Notes: generated by a model not told the origin, from the sequence alone. DNA of 64,000 nt from Streptosporangiaceae bacterium (GCA_036267135.1 DATAWQ010000079.1:9342-73341), one strand, 5' to 3'; shown: positions 19,966-30,024, numbered from the stretch's first letter. Numbers and translations: made by a program.

Positions 19966-20883
19966 GTGCCAGCTTTGACGGTGCCCAGGATCGCGCTGGG
20001 CTGCGGCAACTTCGGTGGTATCGGCTCGGTGCACGCCCTGTTCGGCCAGGGGCAGACCGAGGACGAGGCGCGTGCGCTGATGGACGCGGCCTGGCAGGCC
20101 GGGATCACGCACTTCGACACGGCGGACGCCTACGGCGGCGGCAGCAGCGAACGCTGGATCGGCCGCTGGATGGCCGCCCGCGGGGTCCGGCCCACGCTGA
20201 CCACCAAGACGTTCAACCCGATGTCGCCCGGGGCCGGCGGCGGGCTGCGACCGGAGCGGATCGAGCGCCAGCTCGCCACCAGCCTGGAACGGCTCGGCAC
20301 CGGCCAGGTCGAGCTCTACCTGGCCCACGACTTCGACCCGGACGTCCCCATCGGCGAGTCGTTCGGCGCGTTCGAGCAGGCCCAGTCCGGCGGGCTGATC
20401 GGCGCCTACGGCGTCAGCAACTTCGGCGCCGGGCCGCTCGCCGACGCGCTGGCGGCCGGGCAGCCGCGCGCCGTCCAGAACAGCTACTCGCTGCTCGACC
20501 GCCGGGACGAAGCCGGCCTGATCCCGCTGTGCGCCGAGCGCGAGGTCGCCTACCTGGCCTTCGGCCCGCTGGCCGGCGGGTGGCTCACCGGCAAGTACCG
20601 CCGCGGCGAACCGTACCCGGCCGGATCGCGGATGACCCAGCGCCCCGGGCCCTACGAGGAGCTGGTGTCCGGGGCGACGTTCGACACGCTGGACCGGCTG
20701 GCGGCGCTGGCCGCGGGGCGCGGCACCTCGATGGCCGGGCTCGCGCTGGCCTGGCTGGTGGCCGACCCGCGGGTGAGCCAGATCGTGGTCGGCCCGGCCC
20801 GTCCCGAGCACCTCGGCGCGCTCAGCGAGGCGCTGGCCCACCCGCTGACCAGGCAGGAAGCCGAACAGGTGGCCGGCCGATGA
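19966..20883 (+). CDS. Aldo/keto reductase
   Basis: 305 aa, GTG start with GAGGAG upstream. AKR motifs GCGNFGG, FDTADAYGGGSSE and the YLAHDFD region. Confidence 0.9.
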   Translation: MPALTVPRIALGCGNFGGIGSVHALFGQGQTEDEARALMDAAWQAGITHFDTADAYGGGSSERWIGRWMAARGVRPTLTTKTFNPMSPGAGGGLRPERIERQLATSLERLGTGQVELYLAHDFDPDVPIGESFGAFEQAQSGGLIGAYGVSNFGAGPLADALAAGQPRAVQNSYSLLDRRDEAGLIPLCAEREVAYLAFGPLAGGWLTGKYRRGEPYPAGSRMTQRPGPYEELVSGATFDTLDRLAALAAGRGTSMAGLALAWLVADPRVSQIVVGPARPEHLGALSEALAHPLTRQEAEQVAGR

Positions 20884-21827
20884 TCGAACTGGCCGAGATC
20901 GAGGCGGCGCGGGACCGCATCGCGGGCGCGGCGGTGCGCACGCCACTGCTGCGGCTGCAGGCCGGCGACGGGCCAGCCGAGATCTACGTCAAGCTGGAGA
21001 ACCTGCAGCCGATCAACTCGTTCAAGATCCGCGGCGCGGTCAACGCGGTCCGGCAGGCGCCCGCCGCGCTGCGGTCGAAGGGGCTGGTCACGGCCAGCGC
21101 CGGGAACATGGCCCAAGGCGTGGCCTGGACCGCGCGCTCGTTCGGCGTGCCGGCCACGATCGTGGTGCCCGAGCAGGCGCCGCAGGCCAAGCTGGCCGCG
21201 ATCGAGCGGCTCGGCGGCCGGGTGATCAAGCGGCCCTACGACGACTGGTGGAACGTGATCGTCGAGGGCCGGGCTGACGACATCGAGGGGCTGTTCGTGC
21301 ACCCGGTCACCGATCCCGCGGTGATGGCGGGCAACGGCACCATAGGGCTGGAGATACTCCAGGACCTGCCGGACCCGGACGCGGTCGTGATCCCGTACGG
21401 CGGCGGCGGGCTGACCTGCGGCATCGCCAGCGCGATCAAGGCGCTGCGGCCGGCCACCCGGATCGTCACCGCCGAGCCGGAGGGCGGCGCCGCCTTCGCC
21501 GCGGCGCTGGCCGCCGGGGAGCCGGCCACGGTGGACTTCCGCGCTTCGTTCGTGGACGGCGCCGGCAGCCGCCGCGTGCTCGACAGCATGTGGCCCCAGG
21601 TGCGGCCGCTGGTCGACTGGGCCGTGTCGGTCCCGGTGCCCCAGGTCGCGGCCGCGATCCGCACGCTGGCCGAGCGCGCGCGGGTGATCGCCGAGGGCGC
21701 GGGCGCGCTGGCCATCGCCGCGGCCCTGTCCGGCCAGGCCGGACCGGGGAAGGTGGTGTGCGTGGTCTCCGGCGGGAACCTCGATCTTGGGCTGCTGTCC
21801 AGCATCCTGAACGGTGGCCACGGATAA
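20880..21827 (+). CDS. PLP-dependent threonine/serine dehydratase-family enzyme
   Basis: 315 aa. Its ATG overlaps the AKR stop (ATGA). PLP lysine motif NLQPINSFKIRGA, and the glycine loop PYGGGGL. Confidence 0.85.
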   Translation: MIELAEIEAARDRIAGAAVRTPLLRLQAGDGPAEIYVKLENLQPINSFKIRGAVNAVRQAPAALRSKGLVTASAGNMAQGVAWTARSFGVPATIVVPEQAPQAKLAAIERLGGRVIKRPYDDWWNVIVEGRADDIEGLFVHPVTDPAVMAGNGTIGLEILQDLPDPDAVVIPYGGGGLTCGIASAIKALRPATRIVTAEPEGGAAFAAALAAGEPATVDFRASFVDGAGSRRVLDSMWPQVRPLVDWAVSVPVPQVAAAIRTLAERARVIAEGAGALAIAAALSGQAGPGKVVCVVSGGNLDLGLLSSILNGGHG

Positions 21828-22001
21828 GGCTTGGTCAAGCCGGCGTTTCGGTGACCGCCCCGGATCCGGGGCTGGGCCTGTGGGTCCGGTGACCGGTGAC
21901 CCCGGGCTGAGCTGGGTGTCCGAGGTGGCCACCGTTCAGTAAAGAAGTCGCGGCCAAGGTGCGGGCCGGGTCTGCCTTGCTGGTTACTTTCCGTACGGGT
22001 A

Positions 22002-22055
22002 TTGACACATTCGCGTTACCGGTTTACGGTGAGGAAACTTATAGGAAACTTTCCT
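22002..22055 (+). promoter_or_regulatory. Candidate chitinase promoter TTGACA-N17-TACGGT followed by AGGAAACTT direct repeats and the AGGAAAcTTTCCT palindrome
   Basis: ttgaca at 22002-22007, tacggt at 22025-22030, aggaaactt at 22032-22040, aggaaactttcct at 22043-22055. Low-GC stretch directly upstream of the GH18 gene. Confidence 0.35.
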
Positions 22056-22082
22056 AATAGTTGGGAAGGGTGGAGCCCTCCT

Positions 22083-23288
22083 ATGCCCCGCGCAGTACGG
22101 CTAATCTCCTGCACCTCCGCGATTCTGCTGGCCGGCGGCCTGAGCACCGGTCTAACGGCCGCCCAGCCGGCCGCCGCGGCCGTCACCTGGCCCGCACACG
22201 TCTTTGCCCCCTACGTAGACACCGGCCTCAGCAACACCACGCTCACCACCGTCGCGGCGGACTACGGCACCCAGTTCTTCACGCTGGCCTTCGTGGACGG
22301 CGGCGGCTGCCAGTGGTCGCTGCCGAACCAGTCGGGCTGGCAGTCCCAGATCTCCGCGCTGCAGGCCGAGGGCGGTGACGTGAGCATCTCCTTCGGCGGG
22401 TACACCGTCGATTCCGACAGCGACGACCTGGGCGCGCAGTGCTCCTCGGCCGGCGCCATGGCCGCGCAGGTCGAGTCCGTGGTCACCACGCTCAACGTGA
22501 CCCACCTCGACTTCGACATCGAGTCCAACGAGGAGACGAACACGGCGGACGTCACGCTGACCGCGCAGGCGCTGGCCCAGGTCCGGTCCTGGGCCAGCGG
22601 CAACGGGACGCCGCTGTCGATCTCCTACACGCTGCCGGTGCTGCCGACCGGGCTGACCTCCGACGGCCTCAACGTGCTGAACGCGGCCGTGTCCAACGGG
22701 TTCACGCCCAACGTGGTCAACATCATGACCATGGACTACGGCAGCTCGGGCACGGAGATGGGCAGCGCCGCGAACCAGGCGCTGGACGCCACGGCCAGCC
22801 AGATCGAGTCGGTGTTCGGCATCTCGTCGGGCCAGGCCTACGGCATGCTCGGCAACACCCCGATGATCGGGCAGAACGACACCCCCGGCGAGATCTTCAC
22901 GCTGGCCGACGCCGCCACGGTGGAGTCGTACGCGGCGCAGCAGAGCATTGCCATGCTGACGTTCTGGGCCGAGGGCCGGGACAACGGCGGCTGCCCGGGC
23001 CAGACCTCGGCCTCTTCCACCTGCAGCGGCCTGAGCCAGAGCAGCGGCGCCTTCACCACGGCCTTCCAGGCGTTCACCTCCGGCGGTGGCGGCGGCTCTC
23101 CTCCCCCGCCGCCGCCTCCGCCACCGCCGCCACCCGGCGGCTGCCAGACCGCCTGGAGCAGTTCCGGCACCTACACCTCGGGTGACCAGGTCTCTTACAA
23201 CGGCGACAACTGGACCGCGAACCAGTGGAACTACGACGAGGTGCCCGGCGGGCCCTCGGGCGCCTGGAACAACGACGGCTCCTGCTGA
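22083..23288 (+). CDS. Secreted GH18 chitinase with a poly-Pro linker and a C-terminal CBM5/12-type chitin-binding domain
   Basis: 401 aa from ATG 22083. Signal peptide, catalytic LDFDIE (DxDxE), P12 linker, then AWSSSGTYTSGDQVSYNGDNWTANQWN. Confidence 0.9.
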   Translation: MPRAVRLISCTSAILLAGGLSTGLTAAQPAAAAVTWPAHVFAPYVDTGLSNTTLTTVAADYGTQFFTLAFVDGGGCQWSLPNQSGWQSQISALQAEGGDVSISFGGYTVDSDSDDLGAQCSSAGAMAAQVESVVTTLNVTHLDFDIESNEETNTADVTLTAQALAQVRSWASGNGTPLSISYTLPVLPTGLTSDGLNVLNAAVSNGFTPNVVNIMTMDYGSSGTEMGSAANQALDATASQIESVFGISSGQAYGMLGNTPMIGQNDTPGEIFTLADAATVESYAAQQSIAMLTFWAEGRDNGGCPGQTSASSTCSGLSQSSGAFTTAFQAFTSGGGGGSPPPPPPPPPPPPGGCQTAWSSSGTYTSGDQVSYNGDNWTANQWNYDEVPGGPSGAWNNDGSC

Positions 23289-23311
23289 CGCCTGACCGCA
23301 CACCATGAGCC

Positions 23312-23343
23312 AAGGGCCGCGCGAGCCTGGACGCGCGGCCCTT
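23312..23343. terminator. Bidirectional intrinsic terminator hairpin (12-bp perfect stem)
   Basis: aagggccgcgcg-agcctgga-cgcgcggccctt between the convergent chitinase (stop 23288) and peptidase (stop 23348) genes. Confidence 0.7.
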
Positions 23344-23347
23344 CCTC

Positions 23348-24589
23348 TTACCTGGGGTCCGGGCTCGTGGGGTCCGGGCGGGCGCGGAACACCGCGGCGA
23401 CGCGGTCGCGGGGCAGCGCCGGGCTGCGGTGGCCGTCCCGGCCGGTCATGTCCTCGTTGGCGACCAGCGCGTTGGCCACTGCCTCCTCGGTGGCCTGCAC
23501 CACCGCCTCGTAGAACGGGTCGATGTAGTTCCACGGGATGAAGTCGACCCGATCGTAGTGGCCGGGTCCGGCCGGGGACGGCCCCGCGGTGATGCCGCCG
23601 GGGTTGCCGGTGGAGAAGGCCACGAACAGGTCGCCGGAGAAGTGTGATCCGGTGGTGCCGGTCCTGGCCAAGCCGAGAGTGACCCGCCGGGCCAGCGCCT
23701 GGCACTGGTGCGGCAGCAGCGGGGCGTCGGTGCCGACGATCGCGATCACCGAGCCCGCGCCCGGCGGGAGCGGGCTGCGCAGGCTGGGGCTGCGCGGGCT
23801 GGGGCTGCGCGGGCTGGGGCTGCGCGGGCTGGGGGTGGCGGTCGGCCCGAGTTCGCTGGCGAAGTAGTCGGCCATCGGGTTGTCGTCGGCCAGCATCCGG
23901 CCGAGCGGCAGGCCGGCCAACGTGAGCTCGGTCCGGCTGCCGAAGTTGGCCTGCACGAACACGCCGACCGTGTGCGTGCTGGGCCCGTAGCCGACCAGCC
24001 GGGACGCGGTGCCCGAGCCGCCCTTGAAGCCGTAGCAGTTCATGCCGGTGCCGCCGCCGACCGAGCCTTCCTCGGGCGGCCCCGCCGCGGCCGACTCCAG
24101 CGCGTCGACGACGGTCTGCTCGGTGACGTGGTGGCCGTTGATGTCGTTCAGGTAGCCGTCCCAGGTCTCCGCGGCCACCGGCAGCAGCCAGACCTCGGCG
24201 AGCACGGGATGGCGCCGCACCGCCCAGGCGATGATGCCGGCGTGGGCCACCCCCACGGCGTGCGTGTTCGTGATGGCCACCGGCCCGGCGAACGTGCCGG
24301 ACTCGGCGATCCAGGAGACCCCCGTCATCTCGCCGTTGCCGTTCTGGGAGAAGAAGCCGGCCGCCACCGGGTCGCCCGCCCCGGCGGCGCCGCGCGGATG
24401 GATCGCGGTCACGCCGGTGCGCACCGCATCGCCCTCGATCAGCGTGGTGTAGCCGATCTCCACGCCGGGCACGTCGGTGATCGCGTTCCACCGGCCCGGG
24501 ACGCCGCCGAACGGGATGCCGAGGGAGCGGGCGCGGGGCTTGCCCGCCGGAGTGGACAGGTGCGGGTCGGTCAGGTGCTGGTCCGGCAC
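23348..24589 (-). CDS. P1/S58 family peptidase (DmpA-type L-aminopeptidase/D-esterase)
   Basis: 413 aa. N-terminal NAITDVPGVEIGY, GGGTGMNCYGFKGGSGTASR, and the putative self-processing motif PGAG-SVIAIVGTDAPL. Carries a PSPRS repeat insertion. Confidence 0.85.
   Translation of the reverse strand: MPDQHLTDPHLSTPAGKPRARSLGIPFGGVPGRWNAITDVPGVEIGYTTLIEGDAVRTGVTAIHPRGAAGAGDPVAAGFFSQNGNGEMTGVSWIAESGTFAGPVAITNTHAVGVAHAGIIAWAVRRHPVLAEVWLLPVAAETWDGYLNDINGHHVTEQTVVDALESAAAGPPEEGSVGGGTGMNCYGFKGGSGTASRLVGYGPSTHTVGVFVQANFGSRTELTLAGLPLGRMLADDNPMADYFASELGPTATPSPRSPSPRSPSPRSPSLRSPLPPGAGSVIAIVGTDAPLLPHQCQALARRVTLGLARTGTTGSHFSGDLFVAFSTGNPGGITAGPSPAGPGHYDRVDFIPWNYIDPFYEAVVQATEEAVANALVANEDMTGRDGHRSPALPRDRVAAVFRARPDPTSPDPR
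23772..23831. repeat. 15-nt tandem repeat x4 (gggctgcgcgggctg)
   Basis: Direct reading. Encodes SPSPR-type repeats (PSPRSPSPRSPSPRSPSLRSP) in the peptidase. Confidence 0.9.
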
Positions 24590-24590
24590 G

Positions 24591-25775
24591 TCAGCGCTCC
24601 TTGGCCGCGCCGGCCAGCGCTTCGAGCAGCCGGTCCACTTCGGCCGGGGTGTTGTAGTGGATGAAGCCGATCCGCACCGACTGGTCTTCGTAGCCGAGCC
24701 GCCGGTACAGGTTCAGCGAATACCAGGAGTCGTGCGCCCACACGCCGATCTGCTCGGCGGCCAGCCGCCTGGCCACGTCGGCCGCGGCCACGCCGTCCAC
24801 ATTGACCAGGAACGTCGGCACCCGGCCCGCCATCGTGGGCAGGCCGTACACGGTGACATCGTCGCCGAGGCCGTCCAGGAACCGCTGGCCCAGTTCGCGC
24901 TCGTACGGGGTGATGGCCGGGAAGCCGCCGATGGAGTGCAGGTAGTCGATGGTCGCGTTGAACCCGGCGAGCAGCTCGTAGGTCTGGGTGCCGGTCTCGA
25001 AGCTGCGGCCGAGCGGGCTGGTGGGGGCCGGCCTGGCCTTGTACGGGCGCCAGCGCTCGATCACCTCGGTACGGCCGAAGGCCAGGCCGAGGTGCGGCCC
25101 GCAGAACTTGTACGGGGAGCAGAGCAGCACGTCGGCGCCGATCGCTTCGACGTCGATGGGCTCGTGCGCCGCGTAATGGACCGCGTCCACCCAGGCCAGC
25201 GCGCCGGCCTCGTGGGCGATCCGGCAGACCTGCTGGGCGTCCACGACGGTGCCGACCGCGTTGGAGGCCCAGGCGAAGGCCACCACCTTGGTGCGCGGGC
25301 CGAGCTTGGCCCGCAGGTCGCTGACGTCCAGGGTGGTGTCGTTGTTGAGCTCGATGTGCCGGACGACCAGGCCGTGGTCGCGAGCGGCCTCCAGCCAGGG
25401 CGCGACCCCGGCGTCGTGGTCCAGCGACGACACCAGGATCTCGTCGCCGGGGGCGAAGTCCCGGGTGGCGGTGCGGGACAGCGAGAAGTTGAGCGAGGTC
25501 ATGTTCGGCCCGAAGATCACCTCGGTGGGCTGGCAGCCCAGGAAACGGGCCGCCTTGTGCTCGGCCTCTTCGAAGATCTCTTTGACCCGGAAACTGGTCG
25601 CGTAGCCCGCGCCCAGGTTGGCGCTGGCCTCCCGCAGCGCGGCCGCGATCGCGTCGCCGACCTCGTCGGGCACCTGGGTGCCGCCGGGGGCGTCGAGGAA
25701 CGCGAAACCGTGGCGCAGGGCAGAGAAGCGATCCCTGATCGCGGTCACGTCGAGGGTCTGGTCCAGCCCGGTCAT
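24591..25775 (-). CDS. Class V aminotransferase / cysteine desulfurase-like protein
   Basis: 394 aa from ATG 25775, with AAGGGAG upstream. Fold-type I motifs SLDHDAGV and LLCSPYKFCGPH (PLP lysine region). Its stop lies 1 nt from the downstream peptidase start. Confidence 0.8.
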   Translation of the reverse strand: MTGLDQTLDVTAIRDRFSALRHGFAFLDAPGGTQVPDEVGDAIAAALREASANLGAGYATSFRVKEIFEEAEHKAARFLGCQPTEVIFGPNMTSLNFSLSRTATRDFAPGDEILVSSLDHDAGVAPWLEAARDHGLVVRHIELNNDTTLDVSDLRAKLGPRTKVVAFAWASNAVGTVVDAQQVCRIAHEAGALAWVDAVHYAAHEPIDVEAIGADVLLCSPYKFCGPHLGLAFGRTEVIERWRPYKARPAPTSPLGRSFETGTQTYELLAGFNATIDYLHSIGGFPAITPYERELGQRFLDGLGDDVTVYGLPTMAGRVPTFLVNVDGVAAADVARRLAAEQIGVWAHDSWYSLNLYRRLGYEDQSVRIGFIHYNTPAEVDRLLEALAGAAKER

Positions 25776-25839
25776 CGGCGGCTCCCTTCCGGTCGTCCAT
25801 GATTCCATAGGAGCTAGGCGGAGCCGCTGGGAGGACGCG

Positions 25840-26532
25840 ATGACAGGTGCGGACGGCGCGGTGCTGAGCACGGTCCTTGACACCGGCGCGGGGCTGGTCA
25901 GGCGGCTGGCCGTGGTGCCGCCGGGCGAGCGGTTCGACGGCGTGGCCGGGGCCGGCGGCGAGCTGTGGTTCGTGATCGCCGGGACCGGGGTGCTGGCGTC
26001 CGGCGGCGGGGCGGACCGGCCGGTGCGGGCCGACACCGGAGTCTGGCTGCCGCCTGGCGCCGGGTATGAGCTGCGCGCCGGTGCGGCGGGTGAGCTGCGG
26101 TTGGACAGTGTGGTGCTGCCCGCGGGTGGTGCGGGTGCGGGTGGTGCTGCTGGGGCGGGCAGTGCTGTTGAGGCGGGCGGGGCGGCGGTGCTGTCGGAAC
26201 TGGCCAGCCGGGAGGCCGAGGTCACCGGGGACCGGCGGTTCCGGGTGTTGTTCGGGCCCGGCCTGGGGTGCGAGGCGGCCACCCAGTTCGAGGGCGAGAT
26301 CCCGCCTGGCCGGGCGCCCGAGCACTTCCATCCCTACGACGAGGTGGTGCTGATTCTGGCCGGCCAGGGCGTGCTGCACGCCGGGGGGCGGGACAGCCCG
26401 CTGGCGCCGGGGAACTGCGTGCACCTGCCGCCGGGCCGGTCGCACTGCCTGGAGAACACCGGACCGGCCACGCTGCGGGTGCTGGGCGTGTTCCACCCGG
26501 GCGGCAGCCCGGCCGCCAAGACCACCGGATAG
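25840..26532 (+). CDS. Bicupin-domain protein
   Basis: 230 aa from ATG 25840, with GGGAGGA upstream. The second barrel has PEHFHPYDEVVLILAGQGVLH...GNCVHLPPGRSHCLENTG. Confidence 0.7.
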   Translation: MTGADGAVLSTVLDTGAGLVRRLAVVPPGERFDGVAGAGGELWFVIAGTGVLASGGGADRPVRADTGVWLPPGAGYELRAGAAGELRLDSVVLPAGGAGAGGAAGAGSAVEAGGAAVLSELASREAEVTGDRRFRVLFGPGLGCEAATQFEGEIPPGRAPEHFHPYDEVVLILAGQGVLHAGGRDSPLAPGNCVHLPPGRSHCLENTGPATLRVLGVFHPGGSPAAKTTG

Positions 26533-26644
26533 GGCCGGCGGGCCTCGGTCGCCGAGCAGTATAGTCAGCGCAATCGGAAGGCAAAATCCAGATTTTGCTG
26601 GACATGCGGCCTCCCGAACACAGGCGCGAGGAAGTGGGGCGGGC

Positions 26645-28192
26645 ATGCCCGGACAGTGGACACGCAGGCAGGTGCTGCACCGCGGCGGGACCGCGGCGGC
26701 GGGCGTCGCCGGGCTGGGTTTGGCCGGCTTCGCCGGCTTCGAGTGGCCGCACGCCTCGCCCGCCCATCCCCCCCACCCCAGCCGCAAGGCCGCCGATCCG
26801 GTGGACCCCGGTCCCGTCGACAGCTTCGTGACCAGGCCCACCCTGCGGCCACCCGTGATCAGCGTGACGCAGGCCACCGGCGCCGGAGCAGCCGGCCAGC
26901 CGCCGTACATCTTCATCGCGCCGCGGGGCTATGAGACCAGCCCGGTCGGGCAGTCCGGCCTGATGATCGTGGACAGGGCCGGCCAGCTCGTCTGGTTCGG
27001 CTCACCAGTCGGCGGCACGCCGCTCAACTTCACCACCCAGACCTACCGCGGCCAGCCGGTGCTCACCTGGTCGGCGGGGTATGTGAACGCCATCGGCGTC
27101 ACGTACGGAAAGTCGTACATCGCCGACAGTTCCTACCGGGTGATCGCCACCGTCCAGGCCGGCGATGGGGCCGAGACCGACCTGCACGAATTCAACCTCA
27201 CCCCGCAGGACACGGCGCTGATGACCGCGCACCGCGTGGTGCGCGCCGACCTGTCGGCGCTGGGCGGGCCGGTCAACGGCTGGGTGTTCGAGAGCGTCGC
27301 CCAGGAGGTCGACGTCGCCACCGGCAAGGTGCTCTTCGAATGGAACAGCCTGGACCATGTGCCGGTCACCGAATCGCACGCGGCCCTGGTCGGCGGGACG
27401 AAGAAGAACGCCTTCGACTACTTCCACATCAACTCCATCGCCCTGGACACCGACGGCGACCTGCTCATCTCCTCCCGCAACACCTGGACCATCTACAAGG
27501 TCGCCCGGCCCAGCGGGCAAATCAAGTGGCGGCTCGGCGGCAAGCGCTCCGACTTCAAGGTGGACCCCAGCGCCGCCTTCTACTGGCAGCATGACGCCCG
27601 CATGCCGCAGCCGGATCTGCTCACCGTCTTCGATAACGGCTCCTCGCCCCCCGAGGCGGCTCAGTCCCGCGCGCTGCTGCTGAACCTGGACACGGCGGCC
27701 ATGCGGGTCACCCTGCGGCACGCCTACAGCGCCCCCGGCCGCCTGCTCGCCGACAACCAGGGCAGCGTGCAGCTATTGCCGGACGGGCGGGTGTTCGTCT
27801 GCTGGGGTGCCCAGCCGTACTTCTCCGAGTTCGCCAGCGGCGGGGACCTGCTGCTGAGCGGCGAACTCCCGCTGGGCGACCAGTCCTACCGGGCGTTCAC
27901 CTTCGACTGGGCCGGGCACCCCACCGGCCACCCGGATGTCGTCGTGCACCCCAACCCGGCCCGCGGCTCGGCCGTGTACGTGAGCTGGAACGGCGCGACC
28001 GCCGTGCGGACGTGGGAAGTGAGCGCGGGCAAGAACCCGTCCGCGCTGGCCGCGGCCGGCTCCCAGGCACCGGCCGGCTTCGAGACCGCGATCCCGGTGA
28101 CCAGCGAGGGGCCGTACTTCGCGGTGACCGCGCGGGACGCGGCCGGCCGGGAACTCGGCCGGTCCGCGACGGTGCGCCGCACCACCGGCTGA
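26645..28192 (+). CDS. Tat-exported arylsulfotransferase (ASST) family protein
   Basis: 515 aa. Twin-arginine signal TRRQVLHRGG. Beta-propeller ASST-like core (DLHEFNLTPQDTALM, DYFHINSIALDTDGDLLISSRNTWTIYKV, YWQHDAR). Confidence 0.8.
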   Translation: MPGQWTRRQVLHRGGTAAAGVAGLGLAGFAGFEWPHASPAHPPHPSRKAADPVDPGPVDSFVTRPTLRPPVISVTQATGAGAAGQPPYIFIAPRGYETSPVGQSGLMIVDRAGQLVWFGSPVGGTPLNFTTQTYRGQPVLTWSAGYVNAIGVTYGKSYIADSSYRVIATVQAGDGAETDLHEFNLTPQDTALMTAHRVVRADLSALGGPVNGWVFESVAQEVDVATGKVLFEWNSLDHVPVTESHAALVGGTKKNAFDYFHINSIALDTDGDLLISSRNTWTIYKVARPSGQIKWRLGGKRSDFKVDPSAAFYWQHDARMPQPDLLTVFDNGSSPPEAAQSRALLLNLDTAAMRVTLRHAYSAPGRLLADNQGSVQLLPDGRVFVCWGAQPYFSEFASGGDLLLSGELPLGDQSYRAFTFDWAGHPTGHPDVVVHPNPARGSAVYVSWNGATAVRTWEVSAGKNPSALAAAGSQAPAGFETAIPVTSEGPYFAVTARDAAGRELGRSATVRRTTG

Positions 28193-28197
28193 GCCGT

Positions 28198-30024
28198 TTA
28201 CTTGGTGAAGGACCAGTACTCAGGGAATATCCAGTACAGCGGGCTGAACTCGACGTTGTGCAGGTTGTTCTTCACCGCCATGATCTCGTAGGTGTTTGGC
28301 ATGTAGATGAAGGGAAGCTGCTGCGCCGCGTAGGCGGCGTAGTTATGGAACACCGACAAGCTGCTGCTGGTCTCGGTTTCGGTGATCAGTTTGTTCATGG
28401 CCGGGTTGGAGTACTGGCCGCCGTTCGCGCCGGCGCCGGTCGTGAACAGCTGCCCGCCGGTCGGCTCGGGCGCCAATCCGTAGCTCCAGCCGCCGTACAT
28501 GCCCATCTGCCAGGAGTGGTTGCTGGGCACCGTCTCGCTGATGATCGCGTTGAACGACTGGGAGGTGACGGTCAGGTTGATCCCGGCCTTGGCCGCGTCG
28601 GATTTGTAGACGTCCGTCTCATCGGTGAAGGCCGGGTCGCCAGAAGTGTAGACGAGGTTCAGGTTGAGCTTCACGCCCTTCGCCACCCCGGCGCCGCACT
28701 TCGACGGGTCGGTGCACGTCATCACGCCGCCCACCGGCGACCAGCCGTGGCTGACCAGCAGCGACCTGGCCGTGGAGACGCTGAACGGGTAGGGCCCGCC
28801 CGCGTTCTGCACCGCCGGCGTCCACTTGTTCGCCGGCAGCGTCGGCACCGCCCCGGTGGTCGGGTAGCCGTAACCTCGGTAGATCGTGGTGGCCATCGCG
28901 GGCTGGTCGGCCAGGTGTTCCAGCGCCTGGCGGAAGTACAACTGCTTGAACACCGGCCCGTAGGTGGGGTTACTCCAGTTGATGACGTAGTAGTCGAAGC
29001 CGAAGTCATAGAACGGCTTCAGGTAGTACCCGGCGGAAGCCAGCGGGTTGGTGCTGGGCACCCCAGGCGATCCTGTCTTCACCGGCAGGTCCTGGGGCGC
29101 GATCTGGCCGATATCGGCCTGGCCTGAGCTGACCCCGGTGTACTCGGTGGTCTGGCTGGTGTAGGGCAGGTACTTCAGTGTGGAGATTCTGGGCTTGGGA
29201 CTGCCGGAGTACTTCGGGTTCACCGCGAACGTGTCAGCCCCGGACGGGCTGAATGAGGCCAGCTTGAACGGTCCGCTCACCACCGACCAGATCGGGCTGG
29301 CCGCGTAGCCCGAGGAGTCCTTGGACTGCGCCGCCAGGAAGTTGTACACCGCCTTGCACTTGGCCCAGTGATCAGCGGCAGTGTCGGTCGTGCAGCCGCC
29401 GCTGCCCGGCGCCGCGCCGGTGGTGGTGACATCCCAGGCCATCGGCATCGGGGTGATCTGGGACAGCTCGTTGTAGGTGTACCACAGGCTGGAGTAGGCC
29501 CTGGTCAGGCGCAGCGTGACCTGGTCGGCGCCGGTGACCGAGATCGACCTGATGTTTTTCGGGATCCCGCCCGGCGTGGCCCCGCCCCAGTTAGCGAACT
29601 CGGCGGACATCATGTGCAGCCAGAACACCACATCCTTGGCGTCCACGGTCTCCCCGTTGGACCACTTCCAGCCCTTGAGGTTGATCAGCACGTTCTTCCC
29701 GCCGTCGGAGTACACCGGGGCGTCCGCCGGTGAGAGCGGGTAGTTCACCGATACCGACGTGCCGTTGTCCCCGAACACGTACAGGGGCCGGTACATCAGG
29801 TACTGGAAGTACTGGGCGTTGTAGACGCTGAAGTAGGTCAGCGACCTGAACGGGAAGATGTAATTCGGCTGCGTGCCGGCGACGAGGCCGAACGTCACCG
29901 TGCCACCCGGCGCGGCCGTCGACGTCGCGGGCGTGCTGCCCGTACAGCCAGCAGCAGCCACGACCATCGCTGCCAGTGCTCCCACGGCCGTTAGGCGCAG
30001 TCCGGGCTTCCTCAGGTGGCGCAT
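28198..30024 (-). CDS. ABC transporter substrate-binding lipoprotein (family 5, peptide/nickel type)
   Basis: 608 aa. Lipobox VVAAAGCTGS. SBP_bac_5-like body. No permease or ATPase genes lie adjacent. Confidence 0.85.
   Translation of the reverse strand: MRHLRKPGLRLTAVGALAAMVVAAAGCTGSTPATSTAAPGGTVTFGLVAGTQPNYIFPFRSLTYFSVYNAQYFQYLMYRPLYVFGDNGTSVSVNYPLSPADAPVYSDGGKNVLINLKGWKWSNGETVDAKDVVFWLHMMSAEFANWGGATPGGIPKNIRSISVTGADQVTLRLTRAYSSLWYTYNELSQITPMPMAWDVTTTGAAPGSGGCTTDTAADHWAKCKAVYNFLAAQSKDSSGYAASPIWSVVSGPFKLASFSPSGADTFAVNPKYSGSPKPRISTLKYLPYTSQTTEYTGVSSGQADIGQIAPQDLPVKTGSPGVPSTNPLASAGYYLKPFYDFGFDYYVINWSNPTYGPVFKQLYFRQALEHLADQPAMATTIYRGYGYPTTGAVPTLPANKWTPAVQNAGGPYPFSVSTARSLLVSHGWSPVGGVMTCTDPSKCGAGVAKGVKLNLNLVYTSGDPAFTDETDVYKSDAAKAGINLTVTSQSFNAIISETVPSNHSWQMGMYGGWSYGLAPEPTGGQLFTTGAGANGGQYSNPAMNKLITETETSSSLSVFHNYAAYAAQQLPFIYMPNTYEIMAVKNNLHNVEFSPLYWIFPEYWSFTK

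Noticed and set aside
26581-26598. AT-rich palindrome GCAAAATC-ca-GATTTTGC upstream of the arylsulfotransferase gene, considered as an operator or terminator
   Set aside because: The loop is only 2 nt, the stem is a weak 8-bp AT-rich one, and there is no adjacent regulator gene. The evidence is too thin to call a feature, though it could be rechecked with TSS data.
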